A stretch of DNA of 48,109 bases from Candidatus Thorarchaeota archaeon (GTDB lineage: Archaea > Asgardarchaeota > Thorarchaeia > Thorarchaeales > Thorarchaeaceae), in assembly GCA_004524445.1 (NCBI GenBank), contig SDNP01000024.1:1-48109 (forward strand), in the 5' to 3' direction. Below are positions 18,770-27,566 of this stretch, piece by piece; positions within the stretch are counted from its first letter, which is position 1, and every line of letters starts with the position of its first letter. The notes under the pieces were generated by a model. That model did not search any database. It was not told the origin of the DNA and saw only the letters and a program-made list of their open reading frames with translations. The position numbers were made by a program, and so were the translations under genes.

Positions 18770-19429
18770 ATGGTTGATAAACGACTGCATAAGACACCTG
18801 GGAAGGTAGATTGGGATGAAAAACACCCAGACAAGTTCCGCGGTGACGTCGAGGAGACCGGCATCGGCTTCATGGGCTATGACTGGTCCTCAAAGGATGA
18901 CCAATTCAAAGTCTACCTACACTACGACCAGCTATACTACTGGAAATATGGCGAGGTATCTAGGCTAGGTAAAGGCTTCATCGATGGTGAGTTTTGGGGA
19001 ACTAAATGTCCCAAGTGTGGAGACAAGTTCTTCCCGCCACGAGTGAACTGCTGGAATCTCGATGACAATCTTGAGAAGACCGAATGGATTGAGCTTAAGC
19101 AGGAAGGTATTGTACATACCTACACAATCGCCGGATGGAGCGGCAAATCTTCTCTGAAGCGTTTACCCTTTGTATTGGCCTATGTCATCGTCGATGGTTG
19201 CAAGACAGCCATTGCCAATGAGCTGCGGAACATCGAACCGTGGGATGCGGAGTTTGGCATGCCGGTAAAGGTGGTCTGGAAGCCCAAGGATGAACGTCAA
19301 GGCACGGTCACTGACTGGTGGTTTGAGCCTGCTGATGGCTGGGAACCCACAGTTGGAGATACTCCTGAGAAAGAGCGAATCAAAGAGCTCTGCGCGCCCG
19401 TCTATGAATGGGTCGAATCAATGAAGTAG
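18770..19429 (+). CDS. DUF35 Zn-ribbon/OB-fold thiolase partner
   Basis: GTKCPKCG..FFPPR..C, GIVHTYT, PFVLAYV, GMPVKVVW. Confidence 0.9.
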   Translation: MVDKRLHKTPGKVDWDEKHPDKFRGDVEETGIGFMGYDWSSKDDQFKVYLHYDQLYYWKYGEVSRLGKGFIDGEFWGTKCPKCGDKFFPPRVNCWNLDDNLEKTEWIELKQEGIVHTYTIAGWSGKSSLKRLPFVLAYVIVDGCKTAIANELRNIEPWDAEFGMPVKVVWKPKDERQGTVTDWWFEPADGWEPTVGDTPEKERIKELCAPVYEWVESMK

Positions 19430-19438
19430 AATCCTAGT

Positions 19439-19480
19439 GAGGAAGCATCTTGTCGATGCTTCCTCGTTCTTCTTTATTCT
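19439..19480 (+). terminator. Hairpin plus T-rich tract after the thiolase/DUF35 operon
   Basis: Perfect 11-bp inverted repeat GAGGAAGCATC-ttgtc-GATGCTTCCTC (19439-19465) followed by GTTCTTCTTTATTCT. Confidence 0.7.
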
Positions 19481-19635
19481 CTCAAAAATAATTCACTCTG
19501 ATTGTCACCCGAACCTCGATTTTTGCGCGAAAATTTTGTCCATGACAGAAAACGGATCATAGGAACAGACTGATGTACCTAGCGAACAGCAGGACTTCCA
19601 CTATTCTTAAGGGGCGTGTATCATTCTAGCCTGAT

Positions 19636-20304
19636 ATGGCACTCTTGGAACATGGCATCATCTTCTGGTCTTTTGCGATACTATACACACTACTTGAGGC
19701 AAAAGAAAAGACAGGAAATACGCCAAGCACAATAGTGAAGGCGGTTCCTGCATTGTCGGCCGTTGTGTTTGTTTTGGTGGTCACGTCCCAGATAATCCTC
19801 TTCCATCTGCTCCTGATTTTCGCCCTATTCTTCTGCGGATTGGGAGATATAGCTATGGAACATAGTATATTGCCAGGTCTGGGCATGTTCCTCATTAGTC
19901 ATGTCCTATTCGTAGCCAATTTCATGATTCATGCATTCGCGAGACTAACAGGGTATGCAATTCTTGGCTTTGTAGGCGCCTTTATTGTGTTGCTGATTTA
20001 TGTTATTCTGTATCATCGGTACATCAACACCGCGGAGAAGCCAACTGAACTCTTACCTGCGGTAGATTTGTATGCAGTAATAATCTCATTGACACTTAGT
20101 TCATCTGTGATGCTTTGGCTATCGACAGGATTCATCGCAGGAATTATTCCCGTCATAGGAGCAATTTCCTTCATAATTAGTGATTCATTCATTGGAATCA
20201 GGGAATTCCACCACCGGTTTCGATATGATGAGCCCATGAGCATGATTACCTACTACCTCGCAATATTCCTGCTTTCAACCGCAGCACTCGTCTATAGTTT
20301 TTGA
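19636..20304 (+). CDS. YhhN/lysoplasmalogenase family membrane protein
   Basis: K.VP, CGLGDIAM, GLGMFLISH, F.ISDS.IG and TYYLA motifs; multiple TM segments. Confidence 0.85.
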   Translation: MALLEHGIIFWSFAILYTLLEAKEKTGNTPSTIVKAVPALSAVVFVLVVTSQIILFHLLLIFALFFCGLGDIAMEHSILPGLGMFLISHVLFVANFMIHAFARLTGYAILGFVGAFIVLLIYVILYHRYINTAEKPTELLPAVDLYAVIISLTLSSSVMLWLSTGFIAGIIPVIGAISFIISDSFIGIREFHHRFRYDEPMSMITYYLAIFLLSTAALVYSF

Positions 20305-20382
20305 GATGGCTTCAGATACTATTTGGGAAAGCAAAGACCTTACTAGGGAAAAAATGCAATAGAGCCTGTTTGGCGGGTCAAA

Positions 20383-21216
20383 TTGACACGTATTTCAGAA
20401 TCGGCTATCAAGGGGCTTTTTGCAGAACATGACCTAGAGGTCGTTTCCGTGGATATTGGAGAAAAGCGCACCAAGAGAGAATTGAGGGTAGTATTTTCGC
20501 ATCTGTCATATCCCAATGTTGAAGCCCATATCTTCACCGCCGCAGATGCAGCCGGATGGACACCGAGATTAGATTCCGTCGGTGATATAGAAATCAGACA
20601 TCCTATTGTGAAGTCAGAAAATGAAACGGAGTCAGGTCTTACAAAACTGTCAGGCTCATTTAGACTATTGATGGGACGCTTAAGAGCTTTCAGACAGAAT
20701 ATTGGCAAAGGAGAGATTCCAGATACGATTTGGGCACATTATGAACCTAGGTGGCACAGAGCCCTATGGAGTCCACCTCACCATACTCCTCGACATGTTG
20801 AGGAGTTTATTCGGTATGTCGACCCTTCAATTCGAAGGCACATTTCTCAGCTGAACGACCTTGGCTTTGCAACCATAGAGAGTTGTTCCGGTCTTCTTGA
20901 AGAACACCAAGATCGAGAGCCATACTGGCCCTATGTGATGTTTGATGAGAGAGTATATCCGGGAGCAGCGCCGCATCTGTTCACATTAGGCAATGTTGCA
21001 GGATGGGATGTAGGCTATGCACCACATAACTTCGATATCTACCTCAGAGTGAAAAGAGGGAAGGTGATTCTACAATCATTTGACAGGCTTGTCGGATCAG
21101 CGGCATTCTTATGTTCACTAATCAGGAATTATAGAGAGATGCTAAATTCTACTGGAATCACCTTCCAAGAGTGGTGGCAGCGGGCATTTTCTTACGGACA
21201 AGAAGGATATTCGTAG
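20383..21216 (+). CDS. Hypothetical protein with TYW3-like motif and internal repeat
   Basis: VDPSIRRHISQLNDLGFATIESCSG motif. Confidence 0.7.
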   Translation: MTRISESAIKGLFAEHDLEVVSVDIGEKRTKRELRVVFSHLSYPNVEAHIFTAADAAGWTPRLDSVGDIEIRHPIVKSENETESGLTKLSGSFRLLMGRLRAFRQNIGKGEIPDTIWAHYEPRWHRALWSPPHHTPRHVEEFIRYVDPSIRRHISQLNDLGFATIESCSGLLEEHQDREPYWPYVMFDERVYPGAAPHLFTLGNVAGWDVGYAPHNFDIYLRVKRGKVILQSFDRLVGSAAFLCSLIRNYREMLNSTGITFQEWWQRAFSYGQEGYS

Positions 21217-21352
21217 TAGCTCAAGTGATTTTCATTATTGCTGGAATTCCACAAGTCGGGTATGAAATCTCTATTGAGATTCAGTAGTCAAAGAAATCCC
21301 AAATCCAGTTTATTTATCTATGAAAAGCCGATAGTACACTAGGCGAGTATTC

Positions 21353-21766
21353 TTGAAAACTAAATTAGAACTCTCACGAGGCCTTGGCAAAACACTACTT
21401 GTATGGAGCCTAGGAAGCTTCATTGTTGGTCTAATTCTTTTCTTTACAACATTTCCAATAGCTCAGGGAATTGGTCTTCAGGCAATATTGTGGGCAGTTA
21501 TTGATGGCGTTGTGGCCTCATATACGCTGTTTAGGCAGAAGGACGAACCAGCTAGCAAATTGGCAAGGATTCTCAAAATAAACACAGGATTGGATATCAT
21601 CTACCAAGTTGTGGGGGTCTTGCTGGTTGTATTTGCAGGGCAAAATAAATTCATTGTAGGCAATGGTCTAGGAATTATTGTACAAGGGGCATTTCTATTC
21701 TTTCTCGATCTCTCTTACTACCGCAAATTCAAACCTCTCGTCCTGGAGCAGGTATCGAGTGACTGA
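21353..21766 (+). CDS. Small 4-TM membrane protein (DUF6992-like)
   Basis: GLQAILWAVID, INTGLDIIY, GIIVQGAFLFFLD. Confidence 0.7.
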   Translation: MKTKLELSRGLGKTLLVWSLGSFIVGLILFFTTFPIAQGIGLQAILWAVIDGVVASYTLFRQKDEPASKLARILKINTGLDIIYQVVGVLLVVFAGQNKFIVGNGLGIIVQGAFLFFLDLSYYRKFKPLVLEQVSSD

Positions 21767-21868
21767 CTCCCTCAAGTCGTTTTTGATTCGGATTCCAAAA
21801 CCAGAAAGACACAAGTATAGGCATTTCATGGGATGCCATGGGCCACCATCGGCATCAGGAAAGATCAC

Positions 21869-24790
21869 TTGAATAGAAAATTCTTATCACTAGCGGTTGT
21901 AATTATCATCCTGGGAGCTTCTGTATTTGCCGTTTTTCTTCTGTTTCAGCAAAACCGCATCAGCCCAGAGCCAACAGATACACCTTCCACTGAGGGCGGT
22001 ACAGTTTCAATAAATGAAATACACTTCAATGAAACGTTAACAGTGAACGAAGAATTCTTCGAACTATACATTCAAACATGGAAGTCGGGGATGAGTATTG
22101 ATGGTTGGTATGTCACAACCTTTGACGGTGAGGGAATGTTGTCTCTGCCTTCCATTGCCAATTTAGATGAAGAGGACTACATCGCCATTTTCTCAGGAGA
22201 AGGAGAAGATGATCTGGATGCGATCGATGGAACAGCAAAGGTTTTCCTCAATTTACCGAACCGAATACTGGACCCATCGGGCGATGAAATTGGTCTATTC
22301 GATAGAGAAGGACACGTAATTGATTTCATTCGTTATGAAGGTGGAAATGGAGATGCGATATATTCCGGTTGGCAAGAAGCAAATATGGGACCACATCTCC
22401 CCGATAATCACACAGGCTCAATCTCCCTATTTGGTTATGACTCAAGTAATGCGAGTAAATGGTTGGAAAGCTTACCTTCGCCCGGTAGGCCAAATGTGTA
22501 CAGTTTCTTTGATTCTGAGACCGGGTACACTGTAACGATTACTAATGGCCTACACCAGCTATTCTCATTTAACGGAATTGATGATTCATTAATTGCCGGG
22601 AAGGGAGAAAAAGTCGATGCCTATCCAAAGGGAGGAGTCGATGAGAAATATATCAAGGAAATCAAGAAGCACATTGCATTCAGTTTGGATTTCTATCACA
22701 AGAAGGGATTCACTAGAGGACCGGCTACATATAAACCAGGAAAAATCAATGTGACTTTACTTAATAGCACCACAACCGAAACCGTTGGAGCAGCATCAAC
22801 GAGGGGACATATCGTCATTAAGATTGGAACAATCAAGAGCGATGTGGATTTGAAGTATGTATGTGAACATGAACTGATGCACCTATTCCAATTCAAGACA
22901 GAGAAGAAAGGGAATGATACTGTTGATCATGCACCAGTAGGCAATAAATTCTGGATTGAGGGTCAAGCTACTTATTGGGGAGTTGAGTCAACACGGGCGA
23001 ATTATAATTTGACTCATAAAGAAATTCAGGATGAATTCAAGAGAGTTGGAGATCACAATTGGCATGAGCATTACACCGATTTGAATAGGTCAATATTCAA
23101 GGGATGGGGCGGCGGGTATTCCGACTACATGGGTTCTTATCTGTTCAATAAGTTCATAGCTGAGAAGTTCGGGGAAGATAAACTCAAACAGATATTTGAT
23201 ACTGCACAGGATAATTTCAACAATAATTCTAGGGATGTCAGTCCAAAAGAAGCGATCACGCTGGTACTCGGAAAGACCTGGGAACAGGTGCTAGCTGAGT
23301 TTCATGCATGGATGCTGACTGATGCTATAGAAGACAATGGCGTTCCTGAGAGAAAAGGACATGTCAATGTTACATATAATAATGATACGATTGGTGACAG
23401 CATCAAAGTAGGCTCGTATGCAGCTGGCGTTGAGAGAATCAAAGTAAATAGCTCACAACCTTTCAAGATTAAACTCAATGCAAAAGCAGGAAGTAAGTGG
23501 AAGATTACAATCATCTATGTCTATGAAGATGGGACACGAAAACAAATGATAGGTTCACCCTATGATCACGGTTCAAGCTATCCGCATATTGCTGTCAATC
23601 CTGAGGGTCATGAGAAGAAGCTTGTAGAGGTTATTGTAATCAAGAGCCATGTTGAAGACTCAGTCGCGAGAATCAACATGACTGTCTCGCCAATTCCCCG
23701 ACCAGGACCAGTACAGATTACCCCGAATGGAGGCCCCTACTTCTTCGAACTGCCTTGGGGCATGGGAAATAGCACTCGACTGAATTGGCCGTGGGAGGTC
23801 TTTTGGAACTTCTCATATTATCAGGATAATTTGAACTATACCCTAAGAATCAACCATACATCGGTAAGAAGTGATAGCGCATTCAATATAACAATCGAAT
23901 CGCCAAACGCGACTGTCTTTGAGGAAACGGGAATATACGGCAATGGACAAATCCTGGTTTATTTCGATCCAGAATATACCTGGCCCTTTGGTGAATACAA
24001 GATAACAGTGGCACAATACAACTGGACTTCTGAGGTCAACGGAACAATAGAAATCCTAGAGGGCTGGAGAGATGGAGCGGCTGCGGATTATCCAATCGTA
24101 ATAGTTCCTGATGAGCCTCATGAAATCAACAACGAACTATGGCGAACGCCTGAATCTATATGGTACAATCTCACGCTGGTTCCAGATTTCGACTATACTT
24201 TGTTCCTGGAAATAGATGCCGGATATGAAACGGAGGCAGACTGGTATATTGAGGTATATAATTCCACCAATCTAGAAAGCCCCATATCTTCGAACGAAGG
24301 AGAGTATTCGGACGGTGAGTGGCCACGAGAGCTACTTTTGCCACGTTTCTTTGAAGAGAAATATCCATGCGATGGCTTTGCTCTACTAAAGGTCATTCTA
24401 AGTGGATCTTCATCAGCAGCAATAGGTCAACTCACTGTTCTGGAACAGCCAATCTCGGGGTCATCAATTGATAATCCATTGTGGTATAATCCAAATACAA
24501 CAGAATACTTTGGAATTCCTCTTCCATACTCAATTCATGAAATGGGCCTGCTTTTCATCAATACAACCTTGACAAGCGGGAAAATGTATTCAACCCAATT
24601 CAACTGCTCTGAGCAGATAACAGCCGAGCTCTGGAACGGGGAAAACTGGCTACTATTTGAATATGATAACCCAAGTGATTTCTATAATGTGACTTACGAA
24701 GCGATATCGGAAGTTATCTGCATAAGATTCGATGTTGCGCCATCTCCTGAATCTGTTCTATTCTATATGCTGACAGAAGTTTCCACATAG
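21869..24790 (+). CDS. Membrane-anchored extracellular zinc metallopeptidase (gluzincin, HExxH) with N-terminal lamin-tail-like domain
   Basis: N-terminal TM; VSINEI...EFFELY...SPGRPN (LTD); HELMHLFQ plus WIEGQATY; more than 20 N-x-S/T sequons. Start is TTG 21869 or ATG 21833. Confidence 0.8.
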   Translation: MNRKFLSLAVVIIILGASVFAVFLLFQQNRISPEPTDTPSTEGGTVSINEIHFNETLTVNEEFFELYIQTWKSGMSIDGWYVTTFDGEGMLSLPSIANLDEEDYIAIFSGEGEDDLDAIDGTAKVFLNLPNRILDPSGDEIGLFDREGHVIDFIRYEGGNGDAIYSGWQEANMGPHLPDNHTGSISLFGYDSSNASKWLESLPSPGRPNVYSFFDSETGYTVTITNGLHQLFSFNGIDDSLIAGKGEKVDAYPKGGVDEKYIKEIKKHIAFSLDFYHKKGFTRGPATYKPGKINVTLLNSTTTETVGAASTRGHIVIKIGTIKSDVDLKYVCEHELMHLFQFKTEKKGNDTVDHAPVGNKFWIEGQATYWGVESTRANYNLTHKEIQDEFKRVGDHNWHEHYTDLNRSIFKGWGGGYSDYMGSYLFNKFIAEKFGEDKLKQIFDTAQDNFNNNSRDVSPKEAITLVLGKTWEQVLAEFHAWMLTDAIEDNGVPERKGHVNVTYNNDTIGDSIKVGSYAAGVERIKVNSSQPFKIKLNAKAGSKWKITIIYVYEDGTRKQMIGSPYDHGSSYPHIAVNPEGHEKKLVEVIVIKSHVEDSVARINMTVSPIPRPGPVQITPNGGPYFFELPWGMGNSTRLNWPWEVFWNFSYYQDNLNYTLRINHTSVRSDSAFNITIESPNATVFEETGIYGNGQILVYFDPEYTWPFGEYKITVAQYNWTSEVNGTIEILEGWRDGAAADYPIVIVPDEPHEINNELWRTPESIWYNLTLVPDFDYTLFLEIDAGYETEADWYIEVYNSTNLESPISSNEGEYSDGEWPRELLLPRFFEEKYPCDGFALLKVILSGSSSAAIGQLTVLEQPISGSSIDNPLWYNPNTTEYFGIPLPYSIHEMGLLFINTTLTSGKMYSTQFNCSEQITAELWNGENWLLFEYDNPSDFYNVTYEAISEVICIRFDVAPSPESVLFYMLTEVST

Positions 24791-24879
24791 ATTCCTCGGG
24801 TAGCTCTGTTTTGGAGAACAGAAAGAGAACGCCTGCACACTATTCTCGGTTCTGTTGATCAGAGGTTTGCATGCTCGAG

Positions 24880-25515
24880 CTACAATCTGATACCTTCAGG
24901 CAGTTCATTCAAGAGCAAACCCTTCTTCTCTGCCGTCTCTATTGCCTTCATTGCTTTTGAACCGCCGATAGATTCCAGAGATCCAGCCGCTGTCTGTCTA
25001 ACAAAGAGGGAGTCATCATCCAATGCGTCTATCAATGGGTCGATTGCCTTCTTATCGCCACGTTTGCCAAGATTCAATGCTGCTTGCAGTCGAACCATGT
25101 ATCTGCAATCACCGAGAAGATCAATCAAGACATCAGTTGCCAAGTCATTTTTCATGTATGCCAGGCGGTCAACAGCACCTAGGGCGACTTGTTGGTCGGC
25201 ACTCTGAAGCTCAACGATGAGTTCGTCAATCATTTGTTCAGAAGGAGGTTTTTCTTTTGCAACTTTCTGCTTTGTTGATTTCTCTTTAGACGGTTTTTTC
25301 CTAGGCTTCTTGGATGAAATTTTCTTAGCTGCCTTTACTATCTTTTCTGCTGTACTCATACCTAGTCCATCTACTTTTTTAGATAGCTTAGCAGGGTCAG
25401 ATTTTGCAAGTCTGACCACAGTCTTTACACCTGCTTCTCGAAGCTTTTCTACTGTCTTAGGGCCAACTCCCCTGATATCTGACATCTCAGGCGTCTTGGA
25501 TTTCTTTGGCATCAT
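24880..25515 (-). CDS. Helix-hairpin-helix domain plus HEAT (PBS-lyase-like) repeat protein
   Basis: IRGVGPKTVEKLREAG...DGLGMSTAEKI; Lys-rich linker; VRLQAALNLG and VRQTAAGSL. Confidence 0.85.
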   Translation of the reverse strand: MMPKKSKTPEMSDIRGVGPKTVEKLREAGVKTVVRLAKSDPAKLSKKVDGLGMSTAEKIVKAAKKISSKKPRKKPSKEKSTKQKVAKEKPPSEQMIDELIVELQSADQQVALGAVDRLAYMKNDLATDVLIDLLGDCRYMVRLQAALNLGKRGDKKAIDPLIDALDDDSLFVRQTAAGSLESIGGSKAMKAIETAEKKGLLLNELPEGIRL

Positions 25516-25542
25516 TTAGCCCCCATTGTGAGAAGTAAATCA

Positions 25543-27411
25543 TCATGCCTTAATTCTCTTTCTTAGTAGCAACAGAATTCCGAACAGAATGATGGGCGTG
25601 GTGAACATAACTGCAAACAGATACACGTTATCCCACTGATTTGCATGTAGTCCAAGCTTGTACTCATCAATATTGAGGATCAAATCTCCATCACTGTCAA
25701 GCAAGGCGTCATTGTGGAGCGGGTCCAGCCCCATTCTGTGTTCCCATCCGTCCGGCATTCCATCTTTGTCAGTATCACTGACGTTCACGAGAGTGCCTAG
25801 CACATATTCATCAACATTCGTCAGTTCGTCATTGTCCAAGTCGAGCTGATCATCCTTTTCAGTCGGATCAAGTCCGAACTCGACTTCAAAACCGTCAGGC
25901 ATACCGTCAGAGTCCGAGTCCGTCAAAATCGGATTCGTACCATAAACATACACCTCAAGACCGTCAAGAAGGCCATCTGAATCTGTATCGTTGCTGAGCT
26001 TGTTTGTGCCCATTAATCTTTCATCGGCGTCCGAGAGTAAATCACCGTCAGAGTCCTTGAGAAATTCACTTAGCCAAGGTTCCTCGCTCTCGGCAATCTC
26101 ATTTCCATCCACATCTAAATCATACGACAGAACAAGGTCAACATTGGATGTGCTATCACCCATGTTCGATATTGTTATCGTGTGCATGCCTAAGTCTTGA
26201 AGGTTGATCGAGATGACCCCCATTGTTCCCGCCAACTGACAAACCTTGCTCGATAAGGACATGCCTTGTGGGTCCAAGACCTCGATTGCGGGGCTAGTGC
26301 TTCCGGTCCAATTGTAGTGTATATTGAGCTCCGTGGACATACTGGCTTCAATGAAGTATTGCTCCTTACTTCCCACAGAGACGCTTTTCTGGATTAGTTC
26401 CATAGTCTGTTGTCCTAATGGGCTTGAGAGAACAAAAGCAATACTTGCTCCGATACTGGAGACCGTATCAGCGGCTATCGAATAATCATATTGCGGATTA
26501 TCCCATGTGTCGTTGACAGTGTGGTATGCATGGTCAATATGGGCTCCAGTTTCAAAGGCAAAAAGAACACTCTTGTATCCGGCTCTTTGAAAAGATCGGT
26601 GATCAGAATAGTCCCAATACGGAAAACCGATGTGAGAGCGAGGATTGATGATTGGACTGTCAAAATTAGCATTCATCACTCTGGTGAGTTCAGCCCAGAA
26701 CTGTGCATCATGAAATGATGCATCTAATCCATCATAGTATGTCATGTCCACTCTCTGATCAGTGGGACGCTCAGGGTCTTGTACGAGGAGCATGTCAACA
26801 TTATAGTAGACCAGAATATCAGTATCATTAGCTGCAAAACTCTGAGAGGCTTCGTAGCTGCCCCATAGCCCTAATTCTTCTGCATTCCAAAAGACGAAGT
26901 AAATATCGATAGGCCATTGCCGCTTTGAGAGTATTCGGGCTAACTCTAAAGCCGTCGCAACTCCGGTTCCATCATCATTTGCACCAGGAGCAGTTGCCAC
27001 GGTATCGTAGTGACCACCTACCATGATACAAGGACCATCCTCTCCTGCCGTTCCCGGCAGTCTGGCAATGATTGACTCATAATTACCAAAAATGGAAACC
27101 TCTGCTTTGTTCTCCGTTAAATCAGCCATTTTGCTTACAATCCAATCCCGGGCCTTGGTGTTGTTTTCAGACCCATATGGTCTTGGACCTATAGACGTCA
27201 TCTCGATAATTAGTGAGCGGTAAGAGGTCTTTGATACATTGTTGTAGACATTTTGTGCAAGGTCTGACGCATAGACAATCTCACCTGATGATGTCCTGAA
27301 TGATTCTTGACTAATGTCAGTCGAAGTTGTGATAAGCGGTTTAACTGGTGCCAGTCCAAGTAATACTAATGTCAGCAATGCAAAGATCTTGTTTACTTCC
27401 ATTGAGCCCAC
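25543..27411 (-). CDS. M28 family aminopeptidase, secreted, with Ca-binding repeats and C-terminal membrane anchor
   Basis: Signal peptide; GGHYDT, GANDDGTG, AEELGL, NVDM, SDH, YHT; C-terminal TM followed by RKRIKA. Confidence 0.92.
   Translation of the reverse strand: MGSMEVNKIFALLTLVLLGLAPVKPLITTSTDISQESFRTSSGEIVYASDLAQNVYNNVSKTSYRSLIIEMTSIGPRPYGSENNTKARDWIVSKMADLTENKAEVSIFGNYESIIARLPGTAGEDGPCIMVGGHYDTVATAPGANDDGTGVATALELARILSKRQWPIDIYFVFWNAEELGLWGSYEASQSFAANDTDILVYYNVDMLLVQDPERPTDQRVDMTYYDGLDASFHDAQFWAELTRVMNANFDSPIINPRSHIGFPYWDYSDHRSFQRAGYKSVLFAFETGAHIDHAYHTVNDTWDNPQYDYSIAADTVSSIGASIAFVLSSPLGQQTMELIQKSVSVGSKEQYFIEASMSTELNIHYNWTGSTSPAIEVLDPQGMSLSSKVCQLAGTMGVISINLQDLGMHTITISNMGDSTSNVDLVLSYDLDVDGNEIAESEEPWLSEFLKDSDGDLLSDADERLMGTNKLSNDTDSDGLLDGLEVYVYGTNPILTDSDSDGMPDGFEVEFGLDPTEKDDQLDLDNDELTNVDEYVLGTLVNVSDTDKDGMPDGWEHRMGLDPLHNDALLDSDGDLILNIDEYKLGLHANQWDNVYLFAVMFTTPIILFGILLLLRKRIKA
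25663..26055 (-). repeat. Six TSP3-like DxDxDG Ca-binding repeats within the M28 peptidase
   Basis: DSDGDLLSDADE, DTDSDGLLDGLE, DSDSDGMPDGFE, DLDNDELTNVDE, DTDKDGMPDGWE, DSDGDLILNIDE. Confidence 0.85.
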
Positions 27412-27566
27412 AAACCAGCAGAATCGAGCTTCTTATGCCTACACATACTTTGATTGCCTTTTCTTTGTTTTTGCTTCAGCAGTTCAACGATGGTAGTTTA
27501 TTTGGATTTAACAAAAGACTTTACGGGGAGATAAGCACCGTACTAGACAAGCGGATGTGTCCTCCT

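Noticed and set aside
24817-24856. Imperfect hairpin between convergent genes
   Set aside because: The stem is interrupted and AT-rich with a large loop, too weak to call a terminator.
25663-26055. Possible CRISPR or tandem DNA repeat
   Set aside because: The periodicity is at the protein level (DxDxDG repeats), with no identical DNA repeats or spacers.
27348-27566. N-terminal extension of NadE
   Set aside because: It overlaps the divergent M28 gene start and promoter region; family similarity begins at MRIALAQ.
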